This document shows, one piece after another, positions 53,409-64,000 of a stretch of DNA of 64,000 nt. Where the stretch lies: positions 35,402,001 through 35,466,000 of the forward strand of contig NC_043004.1 in the NCBI RefSeq assembly GCF_006345805.1, given 5' to 3'. How positions within the stretch are numbered: the first letter of the stretch is position 1; the number at the start of each line of letters is the position of its first letter. The position numbers and the translations under genes were made by a program. The stretch is from Octopus sinensis (taxonomy: Eukaryota). The notes beneath the pieces were generated by a model. It made no database searches, was not told the origin of the DNA, and saw nothing but the letters and a program-made list of their open reading frames with translations.

Positions 53409-53415
<7 letters not shown>
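53246..53415. repeat. fold-back hairpin, ~75-bp arms and ~20-nt loop, next to (AT)n
   Basis: aataaaagaagagtaaaaaatactgcttgccaaagatgaaagc...ccaatcct / aggattg...gctttcatctttggcaagcagtattttttacccttcttttatt; separate perfect 14-bp hairpin at 53174-53204. Confidence 0.9.
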
Positions 53416-53451
<36 letters not shown>

Positions 53452-53489
53452 TTCAAGTCTGTGTAATATATAATATGTTCAAAGCCATA

Positions 53490-53645
53490 TATCATCATCA
53501 TCATCATCATCATTGAAAAGAAATCCTTTTGCATGCTGGCATGAGTTGGACTGTCTGACAGAAGCTGCACCAGGCCCTAATTGACTGTTTTGGTAAGGTT
53601 TTTATGACTGGATCACCTTCCTAATGCCAACCACTTTACAGTGTG
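53490..53645 (-). mobile_element. degraded RTE 3' tail
   Basis: (CAT)n then gcatgctggcatgagttgga...ccttcctaatgccaaccac. Confidence 0.8.
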
Positions 53646-54849
53646 TATTGGGTATTTTTTAGGTGGCGCCAGTACATATGATTTTTATGTAGTCTGTCTG
53701 TGCATGGTTGTGTATATGTATACACACATACACACCAGCAAACTGATAAGTAGGCTGACAGACAGACGAATCTGCTTATGTATGTGCATATAGATATGTG
53801 TATGTATGCACATGTATATAAATATCTATGTGTGTGTATATATATATACATATATATAGATAGATAAATTGCAATTTCTGTCTGTTACCATATTAGTGCC
53901 AAAACCAGCAAACCAATATTCATGAAACTTTGCATACATGTTACTCTAATATCCAGTTCAATAATAGGCTTATTGGATTTCAATAAAAATTTACAACGTA
54001 CCTTCTGGGGGCATTGGGCAAATTATATGATAAAATGAGAAGGGTCCAAAAAGTATTAGGCTGAGCGAAAGGTAGTAACAGAGAGAGGGTGACTTATATC
54101 AGTGAAAGCAAGAACAGCAGTGGCAGTGGGATGGGGTGAGGAATTCGTAGCTTTAAGGAGAGAGAGAGGGCAGGTGGATTTTTTGCTGTTCATCACAAAA
54201 AAAAACACAGACACAGACACACGTACATACATACATACATAGATGTGTCTACCATACACCATTTTAAACTCATGATCACCTGAATATGTGTGTGTGTGTG
54301 TATGCATGTCACATCCTATAACTGTCTGTCTATCTACTTTTATAGGGTCTTCCCTGTTGCTATCACATACTGTGAGATTTTTAAATTATGTCAAAATTTC
54401 CAAATTTGGTATATAGAAATAATTTTCCATGTTAAATGTAATAATGTTATTTATTTGTTCCAGAAAAGTTACAGGAAAAATGTTACTGAAGTTTAAAGTT
54501 TAATCAATTTTACCTCATCAGAAAACAGGATTTAGAAGCTGACATTTTCTGCATGATAGCTGTCTATCACGAAATGAAAGCAAAATCATTAGGGAAAGGA
54601 ATTTTTTTAAACAAACAGAAGTAGTACGATGAACAAAGTTGTAAGAACTTCTGAAGTTTTAAGGAATGGTCTAAAAGACATGTAAATAATTTAAAAAGGA
54701 AAAATTCATCAACAGAGTCTTTGGTGAAAAATTGTCAGGGAAGGCCTGCTCTGACATGGGATAAATAGAAATTTAGATATGACATTCTTTGTAAAAATTG
54801 CCTGGTAATGATGATGGGCTATTCAGCAAGTATATATATATATATATAT

Positions 54850-55150
54850 TTTGTCCTTTTCAAGCCTAGCCTGGCTCATGGGCCTGGTTTCCCGGTTTCT
54901 GTAGCGTATGTGTTCCCCCCAGCTGGACGGGATGCCAGTCCATCACAGCATTAGTCAAGAAACAGGAAGAGAGAGTGAGAGAAAGTTGTGGCAAAAGAGT
55001 ACAACAGGGGTCACCACCATATTCTGCCAGAGCCTCGTGGAGCTTTTAGGTGTTTTCGCTCAATAAACACACACAATGCCCAGTCTGGGAATCGAAACCG
55101 CGATTCTCCAACCTCAAATCCATTGCCCGAACCACTGGGCCATTGTGCCT

Positions 55151-55152
<2 letters not shown>
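54850..55152 (-). mobile_element. tRNA-derived SINE with V-domain-like segment
   Basis: reverse complement has A box tggcccagtgg, B box ggtttcgattccc and gatggactggcatcccgtccag. Confidence 0.8.
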
Positions 55153-55197
<45 letters not shown>

Positions 55198-55300
55198 TAT
55201 GGACATGTAGTCAGAAAGAACGATATTGCTATATATATATATATATATTAACTACATTCAGAGCCAATCATTTGAGATATTTCCTCTTCTACACCATTAA

Positions 55301-55507
55301 CCATTCCGTTACCACATTTCTGTTGAAATACATTGCGTTTGTTCCAGTAATTTTGAAAATAATAAATAATTTTGTAATTATTAGGGTTGCGTTTGGAATA
55401 TAAATCAACCTGAAATTTTAATGGAAGGTTTAATTTAACTCACTTTATGAGGGGAAGTGTGTACCATAGAACTGAGGGCATTATCAGGCAAGCAGCTATG
55501 AAAAGGG
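55301..55507. mobile_element. piggyBac-type MITE, degraded
   Basis: TTAA|ccattccgttacc ... tatgaaaaggg|ttga; related to 25570-25752. Confidence 0.65.
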
Positions 55508-56489
55508 TTGATACAAACCGAATGACTTCTTATATTTAAGAATTTTATTTCATGGTAGCTGATCTGTCTGAGATTGGAGGTCTTTATTTGACATTGTAGA
55601 CTTTTTTCTTGAAGGTGTAATGATATATATATATATACTAAATATACTTCAATTCTCTCTTTTCTTTTCTTTTTTTAAATTAAATAGCAGATCAATCCAT
55701 TTATTTGACAAATTGATAAAATTAGGAAATGAGAATTTTGAAATTTATAAAAAGCATCTGGCTAAAAGAATTCTTGGTAATTTTTAAAATAAATTGAATG
55801 AAAATAATTCTGTTTTTGAGATGTAATGTTAACTGTGTTGAAGCAGAATATAGTGGTGGAAATCAGTAAATATGATTGGAAATGTTATAACAAAAAATTA
55901 AAACTGGACAGCTGATATCCTTTATCTAAGAGAATATTTAAAAAGAAGACTGTATATTAATAATAATAATGATGATGACAATAATAATAACAATAATAAT
56001 AACATCATCATTAACCTTCTATAATAAGAAACAAGAAATAATGTAAAATATAAAAAGTGGACAACGAAAATAGAGAAATATCCCAAAGGTAAAAGTGTTC
56101 TGAAATATATACATATTTCATATTTGGAAAATAAGAAGCTAAAAATAATTTGCTGTATTTGTTTAAGCGTGATATTAAAAAAGAAAAGCAGATCAATGAA
56201 ACAATAGGACACTGATTGGTTCAACTAACAACGTGGAAAATAACATGAAATATACTAAATAGAGGAAAAACATCTCAATTTCAGATCTAATAACAGAGAA
56301 GAATGAAATTAAATATCTTAGACAACATCAAAATTAGAAATTCAAACGAAATTCTTTAAATGGCAGTAAAAAGATAACCTTACTAACTGTCTCTTTCTTT
56401 CATATATATGTGTACATGTGCATACATATATATAGATAGATAGATATATATGCATATACATATGTATGTGCATGTATGTTTGTATGTGC

Positions 56490-56537
<48 letters not shown>

Positions 56538-56639
56538 TATATATATATATATATATATAGCTTCACATAGAAGCTCCAGCCTATCCAAAGTGCCTTGGAT
56601 CACAGGATGGCTTGCTGTGCTTACCTTGGATTGTAGGGC

Positions 56640-57015
56640 AACCTGCTGTGCTTCAGGAGACCTATTGAGTCAAGTACATCAACATCAAAAAATCAAATGG
56701 AAATTGTAGTTGTGATACCTGTGCTGGTAAAAAGCACCATTTGAACATGGCCGATGCCAGCGCTGCCTTGACTGGCTTCCGTGCTGGTGGCACATAAAAA
56801 ACACCAACTGATCATGGCCATTGCCAGCCTCCCCTGGCACGTACAAAGCACCCACTACACATACAGATTGGTTTGTGTTAGGAAGGGCATGAAGCTGTAG
56901 AAACACTGCCAGATCAGACTGGGCCTGGTGCAGCCTCCTGGCTTCCCAGACCCTGGTTGAACCGTCCAACCCATGCTAGCATGGAAAATGGAAGTTAAAT
57001 GATGATGATGATGAT
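56640..57015 (+). mobile_element. RTE 3' UTR and tail
   Basis: ORF 56685-56969 is the antisense translation shared by all tail copies; ends (GAT)n then (AT)n. Confidence 0.88.
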
Positions 57016-57048
57016 ATATATATTATCATGTGTGGTATCCTCCCAGCT

Positions 57049-57465
57049 GTTTACTCTTTTTTACTCTTTTACTCTTTTACTTGTTTCAGTCATTTGACTG
57101 CGGCCATGCTGGAGCACTGCCTTTATTCGAGCAAGTCGACCCTGGGACTTATTCTTTGTAAGCCCAGTACTTATTCTATCGGTCTCTTTTGCTGAACCGC
57201 TAAGTGACGGGGACGTAAACACACCAGCATCGGTTGACAAGCAATGCTAGGGGGACAAACAGACACACACACATACACATATATATATATATACATATAT
57301 ACGACAGGCTTCTTTCAGTTTCCATCTACCAAATCCACTCACAAGGCATTGGTTGGCCCGGGGCTATAGCAGAAGACACTTGCCCAAGGTGCCACGCAGT
57401 GGGACTGAACCCGGAACCATGTGGTTGGTTAGCAAGCTACTTACCACACAGCCACTCCTGCACCT
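57049..57465 (-). mobile_element. tRNA-derived CORE-type SINE with internal (AT)/(AC) tract
   Basis: reverse complement ggttccgggttcagtcccactgcgtggcaccttgggcaagtgtcttc; opposite-strand copy at 63513-63920. Confidence 0.9.
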
Positions 57466-58110
57466 ATACTTGGAGAACCTACCCAAAGCATCTTAAATGT
57501 CTGGAGCACTTCTACCAGCAGTGTCTACATTGGATCTTGGGCCTGTGTTGAAAAATGCATGAGTGATGTAGAAGTCCTTCAAAGGAGTTACATTTGAAGT
57601 ACCGAGTCTATCATTTTTCACAGTTCTTCTTGGGTGAGTCATTTAGTGAAAATGTAGGATTTCAGGGCTATGAAGCAACTCCTGTATGATGAGCTGAGGA
57701 ATGGAAAACCTGCACCTCATAAACATAAGCTGAGGTTGAAAGACTTCTTAAAAACGTCTCTGAAAAAAGCTAACATCTTGGAAAAGGAATGCGAAGAAAT
57801 TGCAACTGACTTCGCAAAATGGAGGAAAGAAGTATATGACAAACGCAAGAACTTTGAAACTGATCAAAGAAATCGAGAGAAGTTGAACAGAGATTCTAGA
57901 AAGGGTGGGGATGTGATATTACCATGAAATGTGGGTAATAAGAATGAGCTGAGAAGTGGTGAGAGTGGGAGAATCTGCTTCAACATAGCAGAACTGAAGA
58001 GACATAGAAGAGGCCATGTACAAAGAATTGACTCGGATTGCATCATGCACAGCATAGCAACATGTCATGAATGTAGTAATGTTTGTCTGTCAGGTGGGGA
58101 AATGAAACGT
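57466..58110 (+). mobile_element. decayed RTE/BovB-like LINE 3' fragment
   Basis: TWRTYPKHLKCLEHFYQQCLHWILG...KQLLYDELRNGK...KLRLKDFLKTSLKK...KWRKEV. Confidence 0.8.
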
Positions 58111-58387
58111 CCACATGAAAGTGCATGATGACCAACAGGTGGCTCCTGGTGTTGGGGGCAATCATGTATGTAACCCTAACATGTATGTGGGTCACTTGCT
58201 AGCCTGGAAAGTCACAAAACCGATTCTGAAGTGCTTCAGACAATGGCTACACTTAAGAATGAAGAAGTTGCCATCTCCCACTCCAACTCCAGATTTTTTC
58301 AACTAAGTTACATATATATATATATATATATAAAAGGTATAAATTTTCTGTAAATATATCTTTCATGATGAATCTCTCAGAAGAGTT

Positions 58388-58433
<46 letters not shown>

Positions 58434-58689
58434 TATGTGGTAATGATTCAACAAGCAGAAAAGCACTCAATTGGTTAAGAGAGTAAAGATAATCTTAAAT
58501 AAAAAACCTAAATCTTGCTGCTATAGCTATCCATGATAATTTATTCTGTCACTTATCAGGCTGAAAGTAAAACTGTTTGCCAGGTGTCTTTTGAGCAGAT
58601 AATGTTTAAACAAGAGTGGTTTAAACAAGAGATGCTTGTAAAGAAGACAAAATGGAAAATCACATTCGATGGGAAGTAGAGGTAAAGCA

Positions 58690-59270
58690 GATGTTAATGC
58701 TTTACCAAGTGTCCACTAGTCCACTTTTAAATTTTGTAAAGATGTATTTTTTGAAATGTGGACATAAAGAAATACTCTCATTCCTCAAATTTATGTATTC
58801 ATCGGAGGTTCTCAAGTGTTTTAATAAATACAGTTTTTCAAGCAAACACACTGAACATTTCTTAGACATGTAAGGTCTGGATTTAGAGAGGATTTTCCAT
58901 TTGATAGTGTAATTGGTCCTTTTGTCTTTAAATTTCCATATTAAAGTCAAAAGGGTTGTTGAATGCCTATTATCATGGTACATAAAATTGGTTGTTACAT
59001 CTAGATTTGAATTTTCTTTCCATCGCACCGATAATAACGTTTGATGTTTGTATAACCATTGCCATTGTTTACTGAAACCTGTGCTCCATAAACAATGGAA
59101 AATATATCTCACTCCTGTCCTAGAAGACATCTAGACCATAGGACACGTAGAAAACCATTAACATCTGCTTTATGTCTGCTTGACATCAAATTATTGCCTT
59201 CTTCTTTACAAGCGTCTCTTATAAATTATTGTCTTGACCAGGAAACCCTGGGTAGCTATGATTGCAAGAT
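58690..59270 (-). mobile_element. Penelope-like element fragment (GIY-YIG endonuclease C-terminus)
   Basis: across frameshifts: SIVYGAQV...IIGAMERKFKSRCNN...RHSTTLLTLIWKFKDK...YTIKWKILSKSRPY...CSVCLLEK...INLRNESISLCPH. Confidence 0.85.
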
Positions 59271-59274
59271 TTTC

Positions 59275-59503
59275 GGTTTGTTTTATTTGTATTACAATTG
59301 GAAAAATAATACAAATTAAATGATGAAAAAATATACCAATAAGAGTATAAAAGGAACCAGCTCAACCAACAAGATTACCCAAGATTTGGATATTTTGGGG
59401 TTATTTTGTTGGTTGAGGTCGTTCCTTTTATACTCTTATTGGTATATTTTTTCATCTTTTAATTTGTATTACTTTTCCAATTGTAATACAAATAAAACAA
59501 ACC
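59275..59503. repeat. palindrome, ~108-bp arms and ~12-nt loop, at the 5' edge of the Penelope fragment
   Basis: 59275-59382 vs 59395-59503. Confidence 0.92.
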
Positions 59504-59644
59504 AAGCATCTTTTTAAATTTTTCTTCATCTACTTTTATTGACTTGTTTAAATGTATATATATATATATATATACACACATGCACACACAAATCACATAT
59601 ATACGCACACATATATATATATGCACACATACACACACATACAC

Positions 59645-60178
59645 ATATATTAGTAATATTATTAAAAACCAAGAAAGAAGATGGAGACAAGGTTAATAAA
59701 AGTTTGTTAATACAGTGACAAGACCAGACCTACAACCAAATTTCGTTTAATTTAACTAAATTAATTTAGTTTGAGGGAAGGACGTAAAAAGAAATTTAAC
59801 ATATTTAATGAAAACATTAAAAAGGAAGAATACAATGTACCATTAAAGTTACATAATGGTAGCGACTCCATCTGAGCCTTTGGATGAATTTATTAGTTTT
59901 ACAAATCAAGTCTTTAATAAATTCCTTTTTTGATGCTAAAGTGATAGATCCTTGAGTGATACATCAACTTCAATATACTCCATCTTCTACCAGTATAATC
60001 CAAATAATATAATGATTTATTTTTTACCATTTATCCATTTATTTATAAGAGTATAGATAAAATGAATAAATAAACAAACCAATTGTAGGTCTGGTCTTGT
60101 CAGTGTATTAATAAACTTTCATTAATCTCTTATCTCCATCTTCTCTCTTGGCTTTTAATAACATTGATAATAATATAT
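59645..60178. repeat. imperfect inverted repeat (~105-bp arms, ~320-bp spacer) between (AT)/(AC) tracts
   Basis: aagatggagacaag...gtgacaagaccagacctacaa vs ttgtaggtctggtcttgtcag...tctccatctt. Confidence 0.8.
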
Positions 60179-60299
60179 GTATGTGCCTATATTGCTAGGT
60201 ATTCAACCAGTTTAATCATGGATATTTTTATCCCTCCGAGGTTTATATCCTCACCTGTACTTTGATCTATATTATAACAATAATTAATAGGTTTGTTTG

Positions 60300-60503
60300 G
60301 GAAAGAGATAAAGAAAAAAAATAACGATGGAGGCATTAAAAGGTGTCACTTTGCAAGAGTTCTAGTATTGGTTTGAATTGTGGAAAACACACCTTGACCA
60401 ATGCATTGCTTCGAATGGAGAATTCTTTGAAGGGGATAAAAGTGTAAATTAAGGGAATAGAATAATATTGCAAAATTCTGGTTTCTTTTGGGTACCCCCT
60501 TCG
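60300..60503 (+). mobile_element. mariner 3' end (transposase C-terminus plus TIR)
   Basis: MEALKGVTLQEF*YWFELWKTHLDQCIASNGEFFEGDK; ends gggtacccccttcg|TA. Confidence 0.82.
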
Positions 60504-61553
60504 TATGTGTCTGAATATTCCACATATTTTCCCTTAATTGACATGTATAGCATTATTGCAAATATCAAGAAGAATCAGCTAGATATTATCTTGAAATTTT
60601 ATTCTTGGTCAAGTCTTAGGATTCCTACCAGCTGGTTTGGCTTGAAGAATACATTTTGCAATTCTTATTTTTGACATTCTAATCACATCATAAGAACTGG
60701 AGCTGTAATCTCTCTATCATAAGAAGTAGTGGTTCAATTTGGAGAGGCTCTCTCATCTCCCAGCTACACATCTTGTTGAGTAACATACAAACAGACAGGG
60801 TATGTAAGGAAAAAATTTTAAAAAGGCTTTTAAATTTCAAGTATATACTCTTCTATAGAAGGAATAGACGAGGAGAAAAAAATGGAGAGAGAAAAGAACA
60901 AACATGTCTCAGATAGAAAGACCCTACATGTTGAAATGACCAGATGAGGAAGAAGAGAGAAAAGGCATGACTGGGAAGAGAAACAACTTTGGAATTGAGT
61001 TGAGGCATGGGTAGGAAGGGAGAAAATGGTGACCGGTGATCAAGCACATGTGGGGGTATGAAGCGAATGTATATTCTATCTATCATGCATGTCTATGGTT
61101 GCATACATGTGTGTGGGAAGCTATTGTGTGTGCATATAATGTGTGTTTGTGCATGTGTGCATATGTCTGTATTTTCTGTTTATATATATGTTCAAATACA
61201 CCCCCCACTATATACATATTAATGTTATATGTTCAGCTAGCAAACCTTCCATGACAAATAAGCATTAACCCTAGTCTTTGTTCAGTGAATACACTGTTTC
61301 ATTCACACAACATTGCCTGAACAAGCACAAATGTAGAACTACTCTGAATAGCAATGGAGTTCATAATCAACTGCTCCAATACATACATCTATATGTGTAT
61401 GTGCCTTTATATGAGCATGTGTTAAAATAATGCTATTATTTGGAATCACTTTTATAACTGAGCATTTACTGATGGTATGATTCTACATTGAGAGCAGAGT
61501 CAACTCTGTGTGTGTATGTGTGTCTCCCTCTCTCTCTTTCACTATATATACTT

Positions 61554-61586
<33 letters not shown>

Positions 61587-62389
61587 ACCAGTTTCTATAT
61601 TGAAATTATTAATTCTTTTTTTCATTTCTATTTATAATAAACACAAATGAGAAAGGAATAAAATTATTTTAATATAAAAAAACAAGTGAATGGGAGAATA
61701 TGTACAAGATTTGCTTAATTTTTTTCCCTTACATTTTTTTGTTGTCGCTGATAACTTTTCTTTTTATTTTATTAAGTTACTATTTCTGATCAATTCTTCT
61801 TGTTGAATTATTTTCTTTCTGAATATTCTTGAATATTCTACATTTCAACTTAACTTAAATTTTTCTACTCAGTTAATTCTTCAAAGGATTTTCAGTATAT
61901 ATTTACATTTTTATCTTGTTAATCTTTCTATTACTGATATTCTTATTATTATACGTGTGCAGTGTGATTTTTAATAATATCCTTAAGCATAAGAACCATT
62001 TATCTTTTACAGTTGACATAAACAGTTTCTTGTAAACAATATTCAAACATAAAATTAGAACTATAACAGAAGAAATATTATTTTGATATATGTGAGATTG
62101 CACACACACACACGGGTGTATAGCACACTCATGTAGTTATATACATTTTTATTTATTTACCAGTTTCTTTCCTTGGACAGCAGCCATGTCAAGAACCAAC
62201 ATCAAATATTTTGTCATTCATCCCAACCCAGCATTTATTTCAGTTTGGTAATTATTTTATTGATCTCTGTTATATTGATCTCCATTGATATAACTGCTAA
62301 ATAATGGCCAAAGAACAAACATGGGACACAATTTCGGTGATTCTCAGCTAAGAATAGGTGCGTAGTCCAACTTCTTTTGCCTAAATATA

Positions 62390-62820
62390 TCTATGATGAT
62401 CGTTACCAGTGTCGCCTTACTGGCACTTGTGCCCATGCTAGTAGGGTGCCAAGAGCACCATCTGAGCGTGATCGTTGCCAGAGCAGCCAACTGGCTCTGT
62501 GCCAGTGGAATGTAAAAGGACACCATTCGAGCGTGATCGTTACCAACATCGCCTTACTGGCACCTGTGCCGGTGGCATGTGTAAAAAGATTTGAGCGAGG
62601 TCATTGCCAGTACCGCCTGACTGGCCCCGTGCTGGTGGCACATAAAAAGCACCCACTACACTCTCGGAGTGGTTAGTGTTAGGAAGAGCATCCAGCTGTA
62701 GAAACTCTGCCAGATCAAGATTGGAGCCTGGTGCCACCGTCTGGTTCGCCAGCCCTCAGTCAAAATCGTCCAACTCATGCTAGCATGGAATGTGGACGTT
62801 AAACGATGATGATGATGATC
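62390..62820 (+). mobile_element. RTE 3' UTR and tail with internal sub-repeats
   Basis: gatcgttaccag..gtcgccttactggcac repeated; conserved terminal core then (GAT)n. Confidence 0.88.
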
Positions 62821-63512
62821 GCCAACTCAATTTTATTTCTCTTTACCAACATATGTCAGTATTTCAGATTTGAGAGAACTTCTACCACAGACCACCCTAA
62901 TTTTGGTTTAAATTTTGTGTAATAAATATTAATTGTTAATTGGAAATCTTTTGCACTCTTGAAGATGGTTCCTCTAACATCATTGCAGTTCATTAGTGAG
63001 GCTAGCTCCCGTCAAACTGTCCAACCCATGCCAGCATGGAAGTTGGACATTAAACGATGATAATGATGATGATGTATGTGTGCGTGTGTGTGTACATGCC
63101 CACACACTGATATATAAATGGATGTATATATTTACACACACATACACACATGTAAATATATACAAATAAAAGAAAATGTGTACATACATCAAGTTCAAGC
63201 ATTTGTGATTAATCCGTTAAAATGCATAATTTTGTCACTGCTCTTCGAACTAGCAATAGTGGTTCTCATATGAACCTACTTGATGCTATTAAAACCAATA
63301 TTGTTTACAGTTTTGCAGAGTTTGTTTCCATTGTCAATGAATCTTTACCAGATAACATAATGCTCTCAAAGAAATATATTTTTGCATACAAAAACATCTT
63401 CTACTTACTTAATAAAGACTATTTTTCTTAAATTTTCTGTCACTACAATGGTGCCTTATAATGAAATTTCATAGAAACAGTTCAAACTGAACTTTTGAAC
63501 ATTTCATTTTCG

Positions 63513-63681
63513 AGTGCAGGAGTGGTAAGTAGCTTGCTTACCAACCACATGGTTTCAGGTTCAGTCCCACTGCCTGGCACCTTCGGCAAGTGTCTTCTAC
63601 TGTAGCCTCGGGCCGACCAAAGCCTTGTGAGTGGATTTGGTAGACGGAAACTGAAAGAAGCCCGTCGTATATATGTATATG

Positions 63682-63714
<33 letters not shown>

Positions 63715-63920
63715 TTTTGTGTGTCTGTGTTTGCCCCTGCAACATCGCTTGACAACTGATACTGGTGTTTCTGTGTCCCTGTAACTTAGCGGTTTGGCAA
63801 AAGATACTGATAGAATAAGTACTAGGCTTACAAAGAATAAGTCCTGGGGTCGATTTCCTCAACTAAAGGCAGTGCTCCAGCATGGCCACAGTCAAATGAC
63901 TGAAACAAGTAAAAGAGTAA
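63513..63920 (+). mobile_element. tRNA-derived CORE-type SINE
   Basis: ggtttcaggttcagtcccactgcctggcaccttcggcaagtgtcttc...tgaaacaagtaaaagag. Confidence 0.9.
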
Positions 63921-64000
63921 ATGTTACAATTGGTGAGGTCTTTTCGTCAAGTATTTCCACGCTTACCTGTTATTCTACAAGGTTCCCTAGTTTGGCATGA

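Larger units (their letters stand above)
42208..64000 (-). other. candidate chain of small exons of an unidentified gene (63967-64000, 50155-50218, 43181-43211, 42208-42257)
   Basis: each has a GTAA(G/A) donor and the three internal exons have a pyrimidine-rich CAG acceptor; phases 1-2-0-2 join to SCQTREPCRITEITHFISTNIEFVVFDHGKVVRFAYVSRTISMKILNNDFLYWHDSTII; no homology recognised. Confidence 0.2.

Noticed and set aside
58517-58561. Possible hammerhead relic 3' of the Penelope fragment (minus strand CTGATAA...GGATAGCTATA)
   Set aside because: Both core motifs are mutated and stem I does not form convincingly.

Overview
AT-rich eukaryotic, repeat-dominated DNA. The repeat set (RTE LINE tails ending in (GAT)n, tRNA-derived SINEs with CORE-, V- and Nin/Deu-like middle domains, dense (AT)n/(AGAT)n/(AAT)n tracts) points to a coleoid cephalopod, probably Octopus; this is inference from the repeats alone. 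I could not identify any host protein-coding gene, and there are no rRNA, tRNA or CRISPR features. Most long ORFs in the track are microsatellite or transposon artefacts. Best-supported features: (1) a near-complete RTE LINE (32912-36708, -) whose 5' end is a 146-bp inverted duplication of its own endonuclease region; (2) RTE, CR1, R4/Dong-like, Penelope GIY-YIG, mariner, maT (DD37D), hAT, piggyBac and Helitron-type remnants; (3) a 1.67-kb near-identical tandem duplication at about 961-4300. Most interesting unexplained signals: (a) a type I hammerhead ribozyme motif (9336-9383, -) closed by a 23-bp stem whose two mismatches are both G-U wobbles on the ribozyme strand; (b) repeated long fold-back palindromes next to (TA)n tracts, one abutting a 5'-truncated Penelope fragment; (c) four elements stacked in one (AAT)n tract; (d) a low-confidence chain of phase-compatible minus-strand micro-exons with a candidate recursive splice site. 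Boundaries of degraded repeats are approximate; family names come from motif recognition, not database searches.
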